Below the pieces are notes generated by a model. The model searched no databases. It was not told the DNA's origin and saw nothing but the letters and a program-made list of their open reading frames with translations. The position numbers and the translations under genes were made by a program. 43,720 nt of DNA from Coriobacteriia bacterium (GTDB lineage Bacteria > Actinomycetota > Coriobacteriia > Anaerosomatales > JAGXFU01), in the NCBI GenBank assembly GCA_041739935.1, contig JBGSMX010000274.1:1-43720 (forward strand). The letters run 5' to 3'. Positions 1-8,633 of the stretch are shown here, one piece after another. Position 1 is the first letter of the stretch; every line of letters starts with the position of its first letter.

Positions 1-102
1 CGCGACACGGCAGGCGCCCACCGCCACCGGGCCGACACCGCCCGCACAGAGCGCCGCCTCACCCGAAGCTCCGACCTCGGCAGGTTAGAAGGAGGGTCCG
101 CC

Positions 103-525
103 ATGCTCGACCGTGACGAAATCAAGGCAATAATTCCCCATCGCGAGCCGTTCCTGCTGGTTGACAGGGTGGAAGAGATGGTGCCCGGCGAGCGTGCGGT
201 GGGCTACCTGGACGTCACCGATGCCATGTTCTGGGTTCCCGGGCATTTTCCCGACTATGCCGTCATGCCCGGGGTGCTCATCGTCGAGGCGCTGGCGCAG
301 GTCGGCTCGGTCGCCCTGCTGGCCCTGCCGGAGAATGCGGGCAAGATTGGATTCTTCGCGGGGATCGACGGCGTGCGTTTCAAGCGCCAGGTGCGTCCGG
401 GCGACGTCTTGCGACTGGAGTGCGTCATCACCAAGCGCCGTGGGCCGATCGGATTCGGTCAGGGGAGTGCGTTTGTGGGTGATGAGCTGGCCTGTTCGGG
501 CGAGCTCATGTTTGCGATAAAATAG
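103..525 (+). CDS. fabZ: 3-hydroxyacyl-[acyl-carrier-protein] dehydratase FabZ
   Basis: 140-aa ORF with hot-dog-fold FabZ motifs ([33 protein letters not shown]). AGGAGG at 90-95 lies 7 nt upstream of the ATG. Confidence 0.9.
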   Translation: MLDRDEIKAIIPHREPFLLVDRVEEMVPGERAVGYLDVTDAMFWVPGHFPDYAVMPGVLIVEALAQVGSVALLALPENAGKIGFFAGIDGVRFKRQVRPGDVLRLECVITKRRGPIGFGQGSAFVGDELACSGELMFAIK

Positions 526-607
526 CAGGGTTTGGGACATGCACTCGGGTTCGGCGCGTCACCCGCGTTCGCGCGGGAATGCGAAGGCCCCGCTAGACGG
601 CAAGAAC

Positions 608-1921
608 ATGAGCGAGAGGGAAGCGATGTCACTGGAGAAACGTCTGAACGACGGCAGTGCCGTACTCGGCGTGGTGGGTCTTGGCTACGTGGGTCTGCCG
701 CTGGCCGTCGAGATGGCCAAGGCCGGCCATCGTGTGCTGGGTTTCGATGTGTCTGCCGAGAAGGCCGATCTGATCAACGCGGGGAGCAGCTACATCCCAG
801 ACGTCCCGTCGGCCGAACTCGCGCCTCTGGTGGAACAGGGTCTGATCATCGCTTCGACCGACTTCGCGGCGGTGGCGCAGTGTGATGCCGTTGTGATCTG
901 CGTGCCCACGCCTCTCAACGAGATGAAGGAGCCCGACACCAGCTATATGGAGGCCGCGGCTCGCGCCATCACGCCGTACCTGCATGCGGAGATGCTGATC
1001 ACGCTCGAGTCGACCACGTACCCCGGCACGACCGAAGAGGTGATCCTCCCGATCCTCGAGGAGTCGGGCCATACGGTCGGTGACGACCTGTACGTCGCGT
1101 TCTCGCCCGAGCGGGTCGATCCCGGCAATCCTGTCTTCCAGACGCGCAATACTCCCAAGGTCGTGGGTGGCGTGACGCAGGATTGCACGCGTCACGCGGT
1201 GCTGCTCTACGAGCGCTTCATCGATACGGTGGTGCCGGTTTCCTCGACCAGGGCTGCCGAGATGACCAAGCTGCTCGAAAACATCTTCCGCTCGGTCAAC
1301 ATCGCGCTCATGAACGAGTTGCTGCAGTTGTGCGAGCGCATGCACATCAACCTGTGGGAAGTCGTGGACGCCGCGAAGACCAAGCCGTTCGGCTTCATGC
1401 CGTTCTATCCCGGACCCGGTCTGGGAGGACACTGCATCCCGATCGATCCGTTCTACCTTTCGTGGAAGGCGCGGGAGTTCGACTTCCATACCGAGTTCAT
1501 CGAACTGTCCGGTAAGGTCAACGAGTCGATGCCGTACTACGTGGTCCAGCGGCTCATGGATGCCCTCAACACGCAGCGCAAGTCGCTCGGCGGCTCCAAG
1601 GTGCTCATGCTCGGTGTGGCGTACAAAGCAAACATCGACGACATGCGTGAGTCGCCTGCGATCCGCATCGCCGAGCTGCTGCTCGAAAAGGACGCCGACC
1701 TCGTCTACCATGACCCGTTCGTCCCGGTCTTCAAGGTCGAGGGCGCACAGGTGCGGTCTGTCGAGTTGACCGCCGAGGAACTCGCGAGCGTCGATGCGGT
1801 GCTGGTTGTCACCGATCACAGCAACATCGACTACCACCTCGTCGTGCGCAACGCGAAGCTGATCCTGGACACGAGAAACGCACTCAAGTCCTTCGACGAC
1901 AACAAGGTGGTGCGCCTGTGA
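608..1921 (+). CDS. Nucleotide-sugar 6-dehydrogenase (UDP-Glc/GDP-Man dehydrogenase family), WbpA/WecC-like
   Basis: Rossmann motif VVGLGYVGLPLA and catalytic-Cys region GLGGHCIPIDP. The ORF opens at 539 with an Arg-rich extension that does not look homologous. ATG 608 or ATG 626 (preceded by GAGAGGGA) are the plausible starts. Confidence 0.85.
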   Translation: MSEREAMSLEKRLNDGSAVLGVVGLGYVGLPLAVEMAKAGHRVLGFDVSAEKADLINAGSSYIPDVPSAELAPLVEQGLIIASTDFAAVAQCDAVVICVPTPLNEMKEPDTSYMEAAARAITPYLHAEMLITLESTTYPGTTEEVILPILEESGHTVGDDLYVAFSPERVDPGNPVFQTRNTPKVVGGVTQDCTRHAVLLYERFIDTVVPVSSTRAAEMTKLLENIFRSVNIALMNELLQLCERMHINLWEVVDAAKTKPFGFMPFYPGPGLGGHCIPIDPFYLSWKAREFDFHTEFIELSGKVNESMPYYVVQRLMDALNTQRKSLGGSKVLMLGVAYKANIDDMRESPAIRIAELLLEKDADLVYHDPFVPVFKVEGAQVRSVELTAEELASVDAVLVVTDHSNIDYHLVVRNAKLILDTRNALKSFDDNKVVRL

Positions 1922-2946
1922 GCGACAAGCCTATCCGCGTGGGAGTGGTCGGATTCGGCTACTGGGGTCCTAACCTCGTGCGCAACGTCGACAAGCTCGG
2001 TGATGCCGAGCTCGTCGTTGCCTGCGATCTGTCTCCTGACAACCTCGGGCGCCTCAAAGGCATCTATCCCGAAGTCGAGACCACGACCGATCTCGATGCG
2101 ATGCTTGCGGACTACGATCTCGACGCCGTGGTCGTTGCGACCTCGGCGCCCAGTCACTTCGCGATCGCGAGCAAGGTCATCGAGGCGGGCAAGCATTGCT
2201 TCGTCGAAAAGCCGCTCACCCTCAAGAGTTCCGATGCCGAGAGGCTCGTGCGCATGGCCGATGAGCGCGGAGTGACGCTGATGGTCGGCCACCTGATGGA
2301 GTATCACTCGGCGATCAACTGGATGAAGGACTACATCGCATCGGGCGATATGGGCGAGGTGCTCTACGTCTACATGCAGCGCCTCAACCTGGGCAAGGTA
2401 CGGACAGAGGAGAACGCGTTTTGGTCGCTGGCTCCGCATGACGTGTCGATCGTGCTCTATCTGCTTGGCGAATCCCCCGACTACGTGTCCGCAAACGGCG
2501 CCGCGTATGTGACGCCGGGTGTTCACGACACGGTATTCGCCAACCTCCACTTCCCCAGCGGCAAGATGGCCAACATCCATGTGAGCTGGCTCGATCCGCA
2601 CAAGATCCGCAAGCTTACGGTCGTCGGAACCAAGAAGATGCTCGTGTTCGATGACATGGAGGCGACCGAGAAGATCTGGATCTACGACCGCGGCGTTGGA
2701 GCGCCCGACTCCGCGATGGCGTACGGCGAGGACCTGAGCTTGCGCTTCGGCGACATCAGCGTGCCGTGGGTGCCCATGAAAGAGCCGCTGGCTATCGAGG
2801 TGCAGCACTTCCTCGACTGTTGCGACAGCGGCGAGACCCCTCGGAGCGACGGGCGCGACGGTCTGCGCGTGGTGCGTGTGCTCGAGGCAGTCGATGAATC
2901 TATGGCGGCCGGCGGCGCGCCGGTCGAGACAACGGTGGAGGTGTAG
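1918..2946 (+). CDS. Gfo/Idh/MocA-family NAD-dependent oxidoreductase, WbpB-like
   Basis: N-terminal IRVGVVGFGYWGPN Rossmann motif and the CFVEKPLT motif typical of the family. The GTG start overlaps the upstream TGA (GTGA), which suggests translational coupling. Confidence 0.8.
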   Translation: MSDKPIRVGVVGFGYWGPNLVRNVDKLGDAELVVACDLSPDNLGRLKGIYPEVETTTDLDAMLADYDLDAVVVATSAPSHFAIASKVIEAGKHCFVEKPLTLKSSDAERLVRMADERGVTLMVGHLMEYHSAINWMKDYIASGDMGEVLYVYMQRLNLGKVRTEENAFWSLAPHDVSIVLYLLGESPDYVSANGAAYVTPGVHDTVFANLHFPSGKMANIHVSWLDPHKIRKLTVVGTKKMLVFDDMEATEKIWIYDRGVGAPDSAMAYGEDLSLRFGDISVPWVPMKEPLAIEVQHFLDCCDSGETPRSDGRDGLRVVRVLEAVDESMAAGGAPVETTVEV

Positions 2947-2949
2947 CGC

Positions 2950-3732
2950 GTGGCGGTTCAGCCCACGATCGGCGAGAACTTCGAGCACGGCGTAGGCGTT
3001 ATGGCGCAGTCGAGCGCGATTATCGGCAACAACGTACGGATCGGTCATCACGTCGTGATCGGAGCCGATGCGAAAGTCGGCAACGGGTGCAGCATCGGCA
3101 ATCACATCACGATCGACGACGGAACGGTTCTGGGAGACAACTGCGTGATCGCCGACTTCGCGTTCGTGGGCAAGCGGCCCAAGCTCTCGCCGCGATCCAC
3201 TGCGAAAGGTGGAGATCTCGAGCCGCTCGCCGTGGGGGCGGGATGCTCGATCGGCAGTCACACGGTCGTCATGGCCGGCACGACTCTCGGCGAGCGCGTG
3301 ATCGTTGCGGACAACGCCGGCATCCGGGAGCGCTGCACCATTGGCGATGACACGGTCATCGGCCGTGGCGTCACGGTCGAAAACGACACCACTATCGGTG
3401 CGCGCACCAAGGTGCAGACCGGTGCGTACATAACCGCCTACGTGACGATCGAGGACGACGTGTTCATCGCGCCGATGGTCGTCACCACGAACGACAACTT
3501 CATGGGCAGGACCGAGGCGCGTTTCGAGCACCTCAAGGGCTGCACCATCCGCCGCGGAGCCCGGGTCGGCGGCGGCGCGCACATTCTGCCCGGCATCGAG
3601 GTGGGCGCCGAGGCGTTTGTCGCGACGGGTGCGGTCGTGACGCGAGATGTCGAACCGGCCACGGTCGTGATGGGTGTACCCGCAAAGCCCGTTCGGGACG
3701 TACCTGCCGAGGAGCTGCTCGAGAACCAGTGA
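2950..3732 (+). CDS. Hexapeptide-repeat (left-handed beta-helix) acetyltransferase, WbpD-like
   Basis: Long run of [LIV]-G-x-x-x-x hexapeptide repeats (IGNNVRIGHHVVIGADAKVGNGCSIGNHITI...). GGAGG at 2936-2940 precedes the GTG at 2950. Confidence 0.8.
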   Translation: MAVQPTIGENFEHGVGVMAQSSAIIGNNVRIGHHVVIGADAKVGNGCSIGNHITIDDGTVLGDNCVIADFAFVGKRPKLSPRSTAKGGDLEPLAVGAGCSIGSHTVVMAGTTLGERVIVADNAGIRERCTIGDDTVIGRGVTVENDTTIGARTKVQTGAYITAYVTIEDDVFIAPMVVTTNDNFMGRTEARFEHLKGCTIRRGARVGGGAHILPGIEVGAEAFVATGAVVTRDVEPATVVMGVPAKPVRDVPAEELLENQ

Positions 3733-3823
3733 ACGCGTAACGGCTCGGTCACGGCGCGCACGCGTGCGCAGGTGCCTGCCGCATGATATCTTCGGCAGTC
3801 TGCCGGATCGGGACGAACCAAAG

Positions 3824-4957
3824 ATGAAGGAGCCGAGAAGCGACATGGGTGTACCTCTTCTGGACCTCAAAGCGCAGTACAGCGAACTCAAGAGCGAGCT
3901 GGATGCTGCAATCATCGACATCATGGAGAACGCGGCCTTCATCGGCGGGCCTAAGGTCAAGGCGCTCGAAGAAGCGGTGGCGGCCTATTGCGGCACCGAG
4001 TACGCGGTTCCCTGCGGCAACGGCACGGATGCGCTGTTTCTGATTCTTGCGGCGATGGGCATCGGCAAGGGCGACGAGGTCATCACCACGCCGTTCACGT
4101 TCTTTGCGACCGCAGAGTCGATCGCCCACGTAGGCGCGACGCCGGTCTTCGTCGACATCGAGCCCGGCACGTACAACATGGACGTCACCAAACTCGAAGC
4201 CGCGATCACCCCGCGGACCAAGGCGATCATGCCGGTCCATATCTTCGGCCAGTGTGTCGACATGGATCCGATTCTCGAGATCGCTCGCACGCACGGACTC
4301 AAGGTGATCGAAGACGCCTGTCAGGCGATCGGCGCCACGTACAAGGGCCGCATGGCCGGCTCGATGGGGGACGCAGCGGCCTTCTCGTTTTTCCCCAGCA
4401 AGAACCTGGGCTGTGCCGGCGACGGCGGGATGATCACCACTAACGATGCTGACCTGGCCGCTCGCGCTCGCAAGCTTGCCAACCATGGCACCAGCAAGAA
4501 GTACTTCCACGATGCGCTGGGTGTGAACTCGCGTCTCGATGCGCTCCAGGCGGCGATCCTGCTCGTGAAGCTTCCGCACCTGGATCGCTGGAACGCCGAG
4601 CGTCGTGACGCGGCGGCTGTCTACGACGAGCTGCTCGCCGGCGTCGCGCTCGAGCTGCCGGTTGCACGCGACTACGGAGACGCCGTCTACCACCTCTACA
4701 TCGTGAAGACCCCCACCGCGCAGATCGCCGAGAAGGTCATGGGTGCGCTCAAGGAAGCGGGAATCGGCACGGCGCTGTACTATCCGCTCGCGTTGCACGA
4801 GCAGGAGGTCTTCGTGTCGCAGGACGGCTACCAGGCACCCGATCTTCCGGTTGCCGAGTCGTGCGACGGCTGCACCTTCGCGCTCCCGGCGTTTCCGGGA
4901 ATCACCCGGGAGCAGCAAGAGGAAGTCGCCGTCGTCGTGAGGGCCGCGCTGTTGTGA
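3824..4957 (+). CDS. DegT/DnrJ/EryC1/StrS-family PLP-dependent sugar aminotransferase, WbpE-like
   Basis: N-terminus PLLDLKAQY, GTDAL motif, and FSFFPSKNLG (PLP-lysine region). The ORF opens at 3674, but ATG 3824 or ATG 3845 fit the family N-terminus. Confidence 0.85.
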   Translation: MKEPRSDMGVPLLDLKAQYSELKSELDAAIIDIMENAAFIGGPKVKALEEAVAAYCGTEYAVPCGNGTDALFLILAAMGIGKGDEVITTPFTFFATAESIAHVGATPVFVDIEPGTYNMDVTKLEAAITPRTKAIMPVHIFGQCVDMDPILEIARTHGLKVIEDACQAIGATYKGRMAGSMGDAAAFSFFPSKNLGCAGDGGMITTNDADLAARARKLANHGTSKKYFHDALGVNSRLDALQAAILLVKLPHLDRWNAERRDAAAVYDELLAGVALELPVARDYGDAVYHLYIVKTPTAQIAEKVMGALKEAGIGTALYYPLALHEQEVFVSQDGYQAPDLPVAESCDGCTFALPAFPGITREQQEEVAVVVRAALL

Positions 4958-6042
4958 GCCGTCTGAAGATCATATCGATCGTCGGGGCCAGGCCGCAGTT
5001 CATCAAGGCCGCTCCCGTCTCGCGTGCGCTGCGCACGAACCACGACGAGCTGCTCGTGCACTCGGGTCAGCATTACGACTACGCCATGTCCGATGTGTTC
5101 TTCGAGCAGCTGGGAATCCCCAAGCCGAACTTCAACCTCGCGGTCGGTTCGGGGTCTCATGCCCGCCAGACGGGCGAGATGATGCCCATGCTCGAGGAGC
5201 TGTTCGTCGAGCAGGATCCGGATGTCGTCCTGGTCTACGGCGACACGAACACGACGCTTGCGGGAGGGCTGGCCGCGGCGAAGCTCGGCGTCCCGGTCGC
5301 TCACGTCGAGGCGGGGCTGCGTTCGTTCAACCGGAGCATGCCCGAGGAGATCAACCGTGTCGTTGTGGACCACATCTCCGATCTGCTCCTGGTTCCTACC
5401 CGCGCGGGTGTCGCCAATCTGCATGCCGAAGGAATCACCGACGGCGTGTCACTGGTCGGCGACGTTATGCTAGACACGGCACGCTTCTTTGCCGAGAACG
5501 TCGACGCCGCGGCGACCCTGGACGAGTTCGAGGTGGAGCGCGGGCAGTTCTACTTTGCCACGGTTCACCGCGCCGGCAACAGCGACAGCGCCACGTTGCT
5601 GGGTCAGATCGTCGATGCATTTTCCCAGCTCGATAAGCCCGTCGTGTGGGCGATCCACCCGCGCACGCTCAAGAACCTCGAGGCGTTCGGCATGCTCGAT
5701 CGTGTCGAGGCAGAGGAGAACATCCGTGTCGTGCCGCCGGTGTCCTACATCGAGACGGTCTCGCTGCTCAGGTCCTCGGCAGGACTGCTGACTGACTCGG
5801 GTGGCATGCAGAAAGAGGCCTACTTCTTCGGTGTGCCGTGCGTGACCCTGCGCGAAGAGACCGAGTGGATCGAGACCGTCGAGCTCGGGTGGAACCGGCT
5901 TGTTGGCGCTGACACCGTGCGGATCCTTCGCGGTGTTGCCGAGATGAGCCATCCGGCGGGGCGTCCGGCGGTCTACGGCGACGGTCATGCGGCCGAGGCG
6001 ATAGCGCTCGCGCTCGAGGAGCGCTTCGGAGGCAATCGGTGA
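4954..6042 (+). CDS. Non-hydrolysing UDP-N-acetylglucosamine 2-epimerase family protein (WecB/WbpI-like)
   Basis: Motifs KIISIVGARPQFIK, HSGQHYD, GDTNTTLAG, HVEAGLRSFN and PEEINR. The GTG at 4954 overlaps the upstream TGA. Confidence 0.85.
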   Translation: MSRLKIISIVGARPQFIKAAPVSRALRTNHDELLVHSGQHYDYAMSDVFFEQLGIPKPNFNLAVGSGSHARQTGEMMPMLEELFVEQDPDVVLVYGDTNTTLAGGLAAAKLGVPVAHVEAGLRSFNRSMPEEINRVVVDHISDLLLVPTRAGVANLHAEGITDGVSLVGDVMLDTARFFAENVDAAATLDEFEVERGQFYFATVHRAGNSDSATLLGQIVDAFSQLDKPVVWAIHPRTLKNLEAFGMLDRVEAEENIRVVPPVSYIETVSLLRSSAGLLTDSGGMQKEAYFFGVPCVTLREETEWIETVELGWNRLVGADTVRILRGVAEMSHPAGRPAVYGDGHAAEAIALALEERFGGNR

Positions 6043-7073
6043 CGGCTGGTCGCACGCAGGGACGGCGTGTCTGGATCGATATGACCAACTCGCCTCATGT
6101 GCTCGTTCTCCGGCCGCTCATCAATGAGTTCTCGGCTCGAGGATGGGACGTGACTGTCACGGCCCGTGAGTTCGCTCAGACGCTTCCATTGCTCGAGCGC
6201 TTTGGTATCGAGCACACGGTTATCGGGAGGCATCGAGGCCGGCGCATGGTCGCCAAGGCCTGGGGGATGGCCACGCGGACTACACAGATGATCGCTTTCG
6301 GTGCCGGCAAGGGCTTTGACTTGGCCTTGTCTCATGCGAGTAACGATCTACCGGTGGCATCCCGCGTGCTAGGTATCCCGCACGTAACCATGTTCGACTA
6401 CGAGTTTGCCAAGCTCTCTCATTCCATCAACGTACGGTTCTCGACCAAGGCTCTCGTGCCCGATGCGATCAGCGTCGAAGCACTGGCCCCGTACGGAGGG
6501 ACACCGGAGAAGGTGGACCGCTATCCCGGACTGAAAGAGGAGTACTACCTGGCCGATTTCGAGCCGGACCCGGCAGTGCTCGACCAGCTCGGGCTCGACA
6601 AGAGCAACGTTATCGTCACGCTGAGAACTCCACCCAGCATGGCGGCGTATCATCGGATGGAGAATCCGGTCTTTGACGACGTCATGCGCATGATCGCAGC
6701 GCGCGATGACACACAGGCGGTCGTGCTGCTTCGCACGCCCGATCAGCGGGAAGGCGTGGAGGCACTGGGCTCGAAGAACCTGATCGTGCCCCAGAGCGTT
6801 GTAGATGCGCAGAGTCTCGTGTACTACTCGGACATCGTGGTCTCGGGTGGCGGGACTCTGAATCGGGAAGCGGTCGCTTTGGGAACGCCGGCTTACACGG
6901 TCTTCCAGGGCGTGATGGGAGCGGTTGATATCGGATTGATCGAGCAGGGTCGGCTCAAGCAGCTCGAGCGTGCCGAGGACCTGCCGTTTCAGAAGAAGGA
7001 CCCCGCAAGCGAGCGGGTTCGACGCGACGTGGGCGACCTGGTGGACCGAATCACCGCTGTGGCAAAGAACTGA
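6039..7073 (+). CDS. DUF354-like protein (GT-B / epimerase-like fold, function unknown)
   Basis: The N-terminus VWIDMTNSPHVLVLRPLINEFSARGWDVTVTAREFAQT and the C-terminal GGGTLNREAVALGTPAY motif resemble my memory of DUF354. GGAGG at 6028-6032 lies 6 nt before GTG 6039 (GTGA overlap). ATG 6081 is an alternative start. Confidence 0.6.
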   Translation: MTAGRTQGRRVWIDMTNSPHVLVLRPLINEFSARGWDVTVTAREFAQTLPLLERFGIEHTVIGRHRGRRMVAKAWGMATRTTQMIAFGAGKGFDLALSHASNDLPVASRVLGIPHVTMFDYEFAKLSHSINVRFSTKALVPDAISVEALAPYGGTPEKVDRYPGLKEEYYLADFEPDPAVLDQLGLDKSNVIVTLRTPPSMAAYHRMENPVFDDVMRMIAARDDTQAVVLLRTPDQREGVEALGSKNLIVPQSVVDAQSLVYYSDIVVSGGGTLNREAVALGTPAYTVFQGVMGAVDIGLIEQGRLKQLERAEDLPFQKKDPASERVRRDVGDLVDRITAVAKN

Positions 7074-7091
7074 CGGAGGATTATCAGTATC

Positions 7092-8525
7092 GTGGGCAAG
7101 CATTCTGCACCGAAAGGATCGGCAACAGGACCGGCGCGGCGGGGACGCAGCGCCGATACGCCTGCGCGCATCGAGCGCCTCGAGCCGGCATCGTCTTCCG
7201 GAGAGAGTCCTCAGGAGCAGCACAAACGGCGCCAGCGCCCTACGCCGACCGAGCGCAAGCAGCGTTCGCAGCGGCGCAAGAAGGTGGCGATCGGGTGCGC
7301 GTGGCTGTTTACGCTGTTCGTGATCGCCGGAGTGGCCGCCGCGCTCATCTTCCTCAATGACGTCGGCCGCCGCATCAACGAGGACGTCGAAGTAGACCCC
7401 GCTGTAGCCGATGCCCTCGATACGGCCGCGCCAGAGCAGCGCGGCGAGCCCTTCTACATGATCATCATGGGTGTGGACAATCGTGAAGGCGAGACCGTCG
7501 CGCGTTCGGACACCCTTATCGTCGCCCGCATCGATCCGCAGCAGCAGGCAGCCACGCTCATTTCGATCCCGCGCGACACCCGCGTCGATATTCCGGGGCA
7601 TGGGACTCAGAAGATCAACGCCGCGAACGCGCTCGGTGGGCCCGCGCTGGTCATCGAGACGGTCAAGGACTTCACCGGCCTGCCCATCTCGCACTATGTC
7701 GAGATCGACTTCAACGGCTTCAAGGACATCGTCGATGCTCTCGGTGGCGTGACCGTGAACGTGCCCCAGAAGATCCAGGACCCCAAGGCAGGCAACTACG
7801 ATCCCGCCGCCTACACCATCTATGCGGGAGAGCAGAAACTGACCGGCGCGCAGGCGCTCACCTTCGTGCGCTCTCGCGAGTTCCCGCAAGGTGACCTCAC
7901 CCGCATCGAGAACCAGCAGATCTTCATCAAGGCTCTCCTCAGGCAGAGCCTGCAAGTCACTAACGCGTTGAGGTTGCCCTCGTTGGTCAACGCCGTGGCG
8001 AACAGCGTGACCACCGACATGTCGCTGACCGAGCTCCTGTCGTTGGCAAACGACATGAAGGGCATGAGCGACGAAGCGCTGACGACGATTTCGATGCCGG
8101 GCGAACCCCAGTACATCGGGGGCGCTTCGTACGTCATAGCCGACGAGGAGGCGTTCGCTCAGATCATCGAGCGCATCTCCCAGGGGCTGTCTCCCGAACC
8201 AGATCCGGACGAGATCGCTCAGCTACCTGACCCGTCGACCGTGTCCGTGACGGTTCGTAACGGTGCGGGCATCGCCGGCGTCGCCGCTGACGCTGCAAAC
8301 AGGCTGACGGCTGCCGGATTCGAGGTCGGCGAGGTGGGTAACGCGAACCAGTTCGTCTACGACGAGACGCTGATCGTCTATCAGGACGACGCGGCTCTGG
8401 CCCAGGTGGTCCAAGATTCGCTCGGTTTTGGCAAGACGGTGTCGTCGCGCGGCATGTACTCGTTCAGTTCCGATGTGTTGCTCGTGGTGGGCAAGGACTG
8501 GGAGTTCGAAGACGCCGCGCAATAG
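7092..8525 (+). CDS. LytR-CpsA-Psr (LCP) family glycopolymer-peptidoglycan ligase with C-terminal LytR_C domain
   Basis: Basic cytoplasmic tail and one TM helix (VAIGCAWLFTLFVIAGVAAALIFL). LCP core motifs are present (IMGVDNREGE..RSDTLIVARID, SIPRDT, KINAANALGGP, VEIDFNGF). The C-terminal domain reads VTVRNGAGIAGVA..L...GF. Confidence 0.9.
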   Translation: MGKHSAPKGSATGPARRGRSADTPARIERLEPASSSGESPQEQHKRRQRPTPTERKQRSQRRKKVAIGCAWLFTLFVIAGVAAALIFLNDVGRRINEDVEVDPAVADALDTAAPEQRGEPFYMIIMGVDNREGETVARSDTLIVARIDPQQQAATLISIPRDTRVDIPGHGTQKINAANALGGPALVIETVKDFTGLPISHYVEIDFNGFKDIVDALGGVTVNVPQKIQDPKAGNYDPAAYTIYAGEQKLTGAQALTFVRSREFPQGDLTRIENQQIFIKALLRQSLQVTNALRLPSLVNAVANSVTTDMSLTELLSLANDMKGMSDEALTTISMPGEPQYIGGASYVIADEEAFAQIIERISQGLSPEPDPDEIAQLPDPSTVSVTVRNGAGIAGVAADAANRLTAAGFEVGEVGNANQFVYDETLIVYQDDAALAQVVQDSLGFGKTVSSRGMYSFSSDVLLVVGKDWEFEDAAQ

Positions 8526-8633
8526 CGCGGCGCGTGTTTGTCGCGACGCCCGGCCGAAGGTAGTATTTCCTTGTGGACGTGCCGCACCCGCCCGGTATCC
8601 GCCAGCGGTCGCGGTAGGAGGTCCGAGAACTTC

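Noticed and set aside
2-88. Possible 3' end of an upstream gene (frame 2, [28 protein letters not shown]-stop, TAG at 86-88).
   Set aside because: Only 28 low-complexity Pro/Ala/Thr-rich codons are visible, with no motif. They cannot be told apart from non-coding high-GC sequence.
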